From: Bryobacterales bacterium
GTDB lineage: Bacteria; Acidobacteriota; Terriglobia; Bryobacterales; UBA6623
Length of the DNA: 64,000 bases
Direction: 5' to 3'
Assembly: GCA_963422375.2 (NCBI GenBank)
Contig: OY729428.2
Span: 2,048,001 to 2,112,000, forward strand
The notes under the pieces are model-generated. The model saw nothing but the letters and a program-made list of their open reading frames with translations, was not told where the DNA came from and made no database searches. This document shows positions 60,006 to 64,000 of the stretch, piece after piece (the stretch's first letter is position 1; every line of letters starts with the position of its first letter). The translations under genes were made by a program, and so were the position numbers.

Positions 60006-60758
60006 ATGGTTGAAGAGGGGCGCTTGGCCGTTCGGACCGCCCCTGCGGGAGCCGCCCCGTTACCGGTACTGCGCTTCAGGAACGCCTCCAAGTGCTACGA
60101 GCTCGCCGAGCACGCCGTCGCGGCGTTGACCGACGTGACGGTGGCGGTCCGGCGAGGGGAGTTCGTGGCTGTGATGGGACGCAGCGGGTGCGGGAAGAGC
60201 ACGTTCCTGAACCTAGCCGGGGCCGTCGATCTGCCGTCCAGCGGTGAGGTGCTGATCGACGGCATCTCGACACGCGACTTAGACGACAATCAGCTGACTC
60301 GGGTCAGGCGTGACCGGGTCGGCTTCGTCTTCCAGGCATTCCACCTGTTCCCGACGCTGAGCGCGATCGAGAACGTAGAGGTGCCGCTGCAGCTCGCCCG
60401 CCGACCGGATCCGCGCTCCCGGTCCGAAGGGGTCTTGGACCTAGTCGGCATGGCGGGGCTGGGCGACCGCATGCCGCATCAGCTCTCGGGAGGCCAGATG
60501 CAGCGCGTGGCCATCGCCCGAGCCCTAGCGGCGTCGCCTGCAATGCTGCTCGCCGACGAGCCGACGGGAAACCTCGATAGCGAGATGGCCGAGTCGATCG
60601 TGGCCTTGTTCCGTCGTGTCAATGCCGGCCTCGGCACCACGATCGTGATGGCGACTCACAGCCCGGAGAACGCTCGCGCCGCCGACCGCGTGCTCGAGAT
60701 GAGAGATGGCAGGCTGGTTTCCGACAGGCCGGCGCTCCGCACCGATCGGGAGGGCTAA
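60006..60758 (+). CDS. ABC transporter ATP-binding protein (LolD/AttE-like)
   Basis: [17 protein letters not shown] and DEPTGNLD. Confidence 0.92.
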   Translation: MVEEGRLAVRTAPAGAAPLPVLRFRNASKCYELAEHAVAALTDVTVAVRRGEFVAVMGRSGCGKSTFLNLAGAVDLPSSGEVLIDGISTRDLDDNQLTRVRRDRVGFVFQAFHLFPTLSAIENVEVPLQLARRPDPRSRSEGVLDLVGMAGLGDRMPHQLSGGQMQRVAIARALAASPAMLLADEPTGNLDSEMAESIVALFRRVNAGLGTTIVMATHSPENARAADRVLEMRDGRLVSDRPALRTDREG

Positions 60759-61865
60759 GTGCTCCGTCTCGCTGCGACCCTGCTCGCGGCCGCGGTGCCG
60801 GCTCTGCCGTCCCCGTTCGTGCAGGCCGCGCCCGGTTACCAATTCGAGTTCCCGCGGGACCATTTCGAGCATCCCGAGTTCTCCACCGAGTGGTGGTACT
60901 ACACCGGCAATCTGGAGACCGGGCGCGGGCGTCGCTTCGGATTCGAGCTGACGTTCTTTCGAGTCGGACTCAGAAGAGCAGGTCCGCTCACGGGCACGTG
61001 GTCTCTCGACCAGATCTATCTGGCGCATTTCGCACTCACCGATGTTGAGGGTGGAAGGCTCCTCCGGGCCGAGCGAGCCAATCGCGCCGGGCCCGGCCTC
61101 GCGGGAGCGTCCGAGAAGAGCCGCACCGTCTGGAACGGCAACTGGAGCGTCGTGTTCTTGCCCGGCGACCCGCTCAGGCCGGCGCAGCGGCTTCACGCAA
61201 GTCTCGACGGAGCAGCCGTCGATCTGCTCCTGGAGCCGGCCAAGGCCGTTGTGGTCCACGGCACGAACGGCGTCAGCCGCAAGGCCGGCGGGGCTGGCGA
61301 GGCGTCGCACTACGCATCGTTCACACGCTTGGTCGCCGGCGGGACTGTCGCGCTGGACGGCCAAGAGCACCAAGTCAAGGGACTGGCGTGGATGGACCAT
61401 GAATTCTTCAGCGCGGGTCTCCCCGCCGACCTAGCGGGATGGGACTGGATGAGCATCCAGCTCGACGACGGCTCGGATCTCATGCTCTACGGCTTGCGGG
61501 GCAGGGGAGGCGCGCACAGCCGGTTCTCCTCTGGCACACTTGTCCATCCGGATGGCCGGACCCTCCGCCTGGGAGCTGGCGATTTCACCCTCACGCCCGG
61601 CCGAACCTGGCAAAGCGAGGAATCGGGTGCGGTCTATCCAGTCGAGTGGTCAATCAAGGTGCCCGGGCTTGACCTGGAACTGGCCTCTCGCCCGTTGCTC
61701 GACCAGCAGGAGCTGGTCAGCCCGCTTGGCTACACACCCGTCTACTGGGAAGGAGCCGTCACGTACGCCGGCGAGCGCCGTGGTCGGCCCGTGGTCGGTC
61801 GCGGCTATCTGGAAATGACCGGATACGACAAGCCGTTCGAGCTGCCCGGCCGTGATCAGCGGTAG
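60759..61865 (+). CDS. Secreted AttH/CrtC-like lipocalin-fold protein
   Basis: FPRDHFEHP, EWWYYTG, WMDHEF, GWDWMS, YWEG and GYLEMTGY; signal peptide. Confidence 0.88.
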   Translation: MLRLAATLLAAAVPALPSPFVQAAPGYQFEFPRDHFEHPEFSTEWWYYTGNLETGRGRRFGFELTFFRVGLRRAGPLTGTWSLDQIYLAHFALTDVEGGRLLRAERANRAGPGLAGASEKSRTVWNGNWSVVFLPGDPLRPAQRLHASLDGAAVDLLLEPAKAVVVHGTNGVSRKAGGAGEASHYASFTRLVAGGTVALDGQEHQVKGLAWMDHEFFSAGLPADLAGWDWMSIQLDDGSDLMLYGLRGRGGAHSRFSSGTLVHPDGRTLRLGAGDFTLTPGRTWQSEESGAVYPVEWSIKVPGLDLELASRPLLDQQELVSPLGYTPVYWEGAVTYAGERRGRPVVGRGYLEMTGYDKPFELPGRDQR

Positions 61866-62431
61866 TTAGTGGGCAGGTGACATTCGCTCCAATGCACTCG
61901 ATGCGGAAGCTGATGTCGGTCGCAGGCGCGGAACGAGTCAACTCGTCCATCGACGCGAAGCGCCCGCACTTCCGGACGTGGCTGCGAATGCATTCTGCAC
62001 ATACCACATGCCCGGCTTCGGCGCTGTTGCCCCGACCTGCCTGTTCGTGCGGACGGCCCGGCCGCGGTCCGGCTCGGCCCATGCCCAACCGACCCACCGA
62101 GACACTCGCTCAGTCGAGGCCGTTCGTTCAAACCAGGCACTGGCACCGTCCGGGAGTGGCTCGAATGGTCGGTCGGCGGCGAGGCTCTTCCCGCCATCCG
62201 ATTCCAGCCTTCCGGTCCGGACCCGAGCGTGCATGTGTTCGGTGTGGTATTCTCTCGCAGCCTTGGTCAACCGGACGGTTGGATCGACCAGACGAGGCCG
62301 CCGGGGACTAGGCAGCCTACTGCGGTTACAGGGTCGCGCGGGCGAATCGACTCTGGGGTGTTGATCAGCTTAGGATGCATTTCCACGAGGGAGCAGGCGC
62401 GTGGTCGACATCTGTCAGGGAGGAGAGTGGC

Positions 62432-62892
62432 GTGAAAGGCGCTTCTGAGAATGGCCGTGACGCGCTGAAGCCAGAGACTGTCCTCGAAAAGTACGTCCTG
62501 GATCGAGTTCTGGGCCACGGAGGTTTCGGGATTGTACATCTTGCTCATCACCAAGAGCTCGGCACGAGCGTTGCGATTAAGGAGTACATGCCGACGGATC
62601 TTGCCGTCAGACAGGGCAACGAAGTTCGTCTGCGCAATGACGATGCCGCGAAGGACTATTCTGAAGGACTACGACGATTTCGAGATGAAGCGCGACGTCT
62701 CTCTGAATTCCAACAACTTTCAAGTATTGTCTCATGCCGGGACTTTTTTTCGACTTAATGGTACTGCTTATTCTGTGATGGAATTTGTCGATAGAAAACC
62801 TATTTCAGAGCAGCTCTCAGAGTGTGAAAGACTGGGGGAGCCGTTTCAACAAGAGGAATTGTTGGCTGTCGTCGTTCCCTTGCTAAAAGGAT
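62432..62892 (+). pseudogene. Hanks-type Ser/Thr protein kinase, N-lobe only (frameshifted, IS-truncated)
   Basis: GGAGG RBS; LGHGGFGIV, VAIKEY, RFRDEA and VMEFV; extra T in the T7 run at 62744-62750; cut off by the IS1595 TIR before any HRD motif. Confidence 0.88.
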
Positions 62893-63929
62893 CCTGATTA
62901 CCCACGAGACTCAGCCAAGGTTAGGAGGCGGTAAGGCCTGGGCGGGGTGCGCACGGAGGCGTGGAGCAGGCGGGGGCCAGCGCCTCCGGATCGTAGCGGC
63001 GGTTGAAGCGGTAGCGGAACTCGGCGAGGTAGCGCGGCAGGTGTTTGCCGTCGAGCGCATGGCAGGTTCCCGCCAGGGACTGCTTGACGTTCGCCGGCAT
63101 CGTGTTGACCCGGAAGAAGCGGGAATCCCCGCAGCTCCGCTGCCCGCCTCCGGTGACGGTCGGCACGTGCTCGCAGCCGGCGCCGGCCACGCCCCGGAAG
63201 CAGGCCGGGCCGTCGGAATGCACCTCCGTGCCGGGCTGCAAGTGCCGCCCGGCCCACGCTGCCAGCGTCTTCTTGCGCAAGCCCGCCACGCTGCTCAGGC
63301 GCATCCTTTCCGTTCCGGCTGGCCGTCGGCGCTGACCTGCACGGCGGCGACGAACGGCGTCTTGCCCGCCGCGCCGCGACCGCGCTTGCCGCCGCTCCGC
63401 TCCCCGCCCCAGTAGGCGTCGTCCACCTGCACGATGCCGCCCAGCGGCAGGCGCTCGTCGCGCTCCTTCATCACTTGCAAGAGCTTGTGCTTCATCTTCC
63501 AAGCCGTGTTCTGGCTCACGCCCAGCTGCCGCGCCAGTTCCAGCGACGAAACGCCGTGCTGGCCCTGCGTCAGCAGGTGCAGCGCCAGGAACCAAACGGT
63601 CAGCGGCAGCTTGGTGGCGGCGAAGAGCGTGCCGGCGACGAGGGAGGTCTGGCGGTGGCAGGCATGGCACTGCCAGAGCTTGCGGGAGCGGATGCGGCAG
63701 TGCCGGCGGGAGCCGCACTCCGGGCAGCGGAAGCCGGCCGGCCAGCGGGCGTTGAAGACGGCCTGCTCGCATTGGCCCTCGCTGCCGTAGCGCTGCAGGA
63801 ACTTGCCCAGGCTGAGTCCCTTCTGGAATTGCACGCGATTGCGTTTCATCTGCTATCCCCTTTCCTGTCAGAGATTTCCGACCTCCTTCAGTATAGCATA
63901 TCCTCGGCTGACGTTCGTTGGTAATCAGG
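62893..63929 (-). mobile_element. IS1595-family insertion sequence (1037 bp)
   Basis: 28-bp TIRs starting CCTGATTACC (23/28 identical); no matching target duplication. Confidence 0.9.
62898..63849 (-). pseudogene. IS1595 transposase with two frameshifts
   Basis: Zn ribbon CPECG...CHACH; VQVDDAYWGG, HSDG and YLAEFRYRFNRR; 5-bp duplication at 63308-63317 and an apparent 1-nt loss in the G run at 62972-62976. Confidence 0.9.
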
Positions 63930-64000
63930 TTGAAGATTGAGGCACGAGTGAGCGCGGCCGTCAGCGGAAAGGTCGATCCTATGCCCTCGGCGATGGATTT

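Noticed and set aside
60759..61865. Carotenoid biosynthesis (crtC) assignment
   Set aside because: Signal peptide and ABC-operon context, with no other crt genes, fit the AttH-like family better.
61870..62430. Short ORFs between the AttH-like gene and the kinase remnant
   Set aside because: No motifs, RBS or codon bias supporting them.
62432..62892. Kinase as part of an active anti-phage or signalling system
   Set aside because: Frameshifted and lacking the catalytic lobe; no partner genes visible.
1..64000. tRNA, rRNA, CRISPR array, prophage or integron
   Set aside because: No cloverleafs, rRNA signatures, repeat-spacer arrays, phage genes or integrase were seen by eye.

Overview
High-GC bacterial chromosomal window. 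Gene content (Tat-exported Gfo/Idh/MocA oxidoreductases, acidobacterial-type secreted proteins, lone ftcD, DUF1552/DUF1592 pair) suggests Acidobacteriota/Bryobacterales; this is an inference. About 42 genes, mostly housekeeping, envelope and carbohydrate functions: NupC-type transporter, ccmC/ccmD, ftcD, pnp, rpsO, murJ, rnj, transaldolase, LpxL-like acyltransferase, TPR protein, Gld-like and Att-like ABC systems, K+ channel and fucose-isomerase family protein. Three decaying IS elements have ends I could map (ISAzo13, IS5/IS1182-like, IS1595); two of them disrupt host genes. Most notable: (1) a PNPase with a recent in-frame 309-bp tandem duplication giving two S1 + Arg/Gly-rich modules; (2) a decaheme cytochrome + beta-barrel (MtrAB/DmsEF-like) conduit without MtrC, near ccmCD; (3) a heme-c DUF1592 / Tat DUF1552 pair converging on two secreted LRR proteins; (4) eight genes with a -10 box 6-7 nt before the start codon (probable leaderless mRNAs); (5) recurrent short tandem duplications. 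No rRNA, tRNA or CRISPR array was seen. All family calls are by eye from motifs, not database searches.
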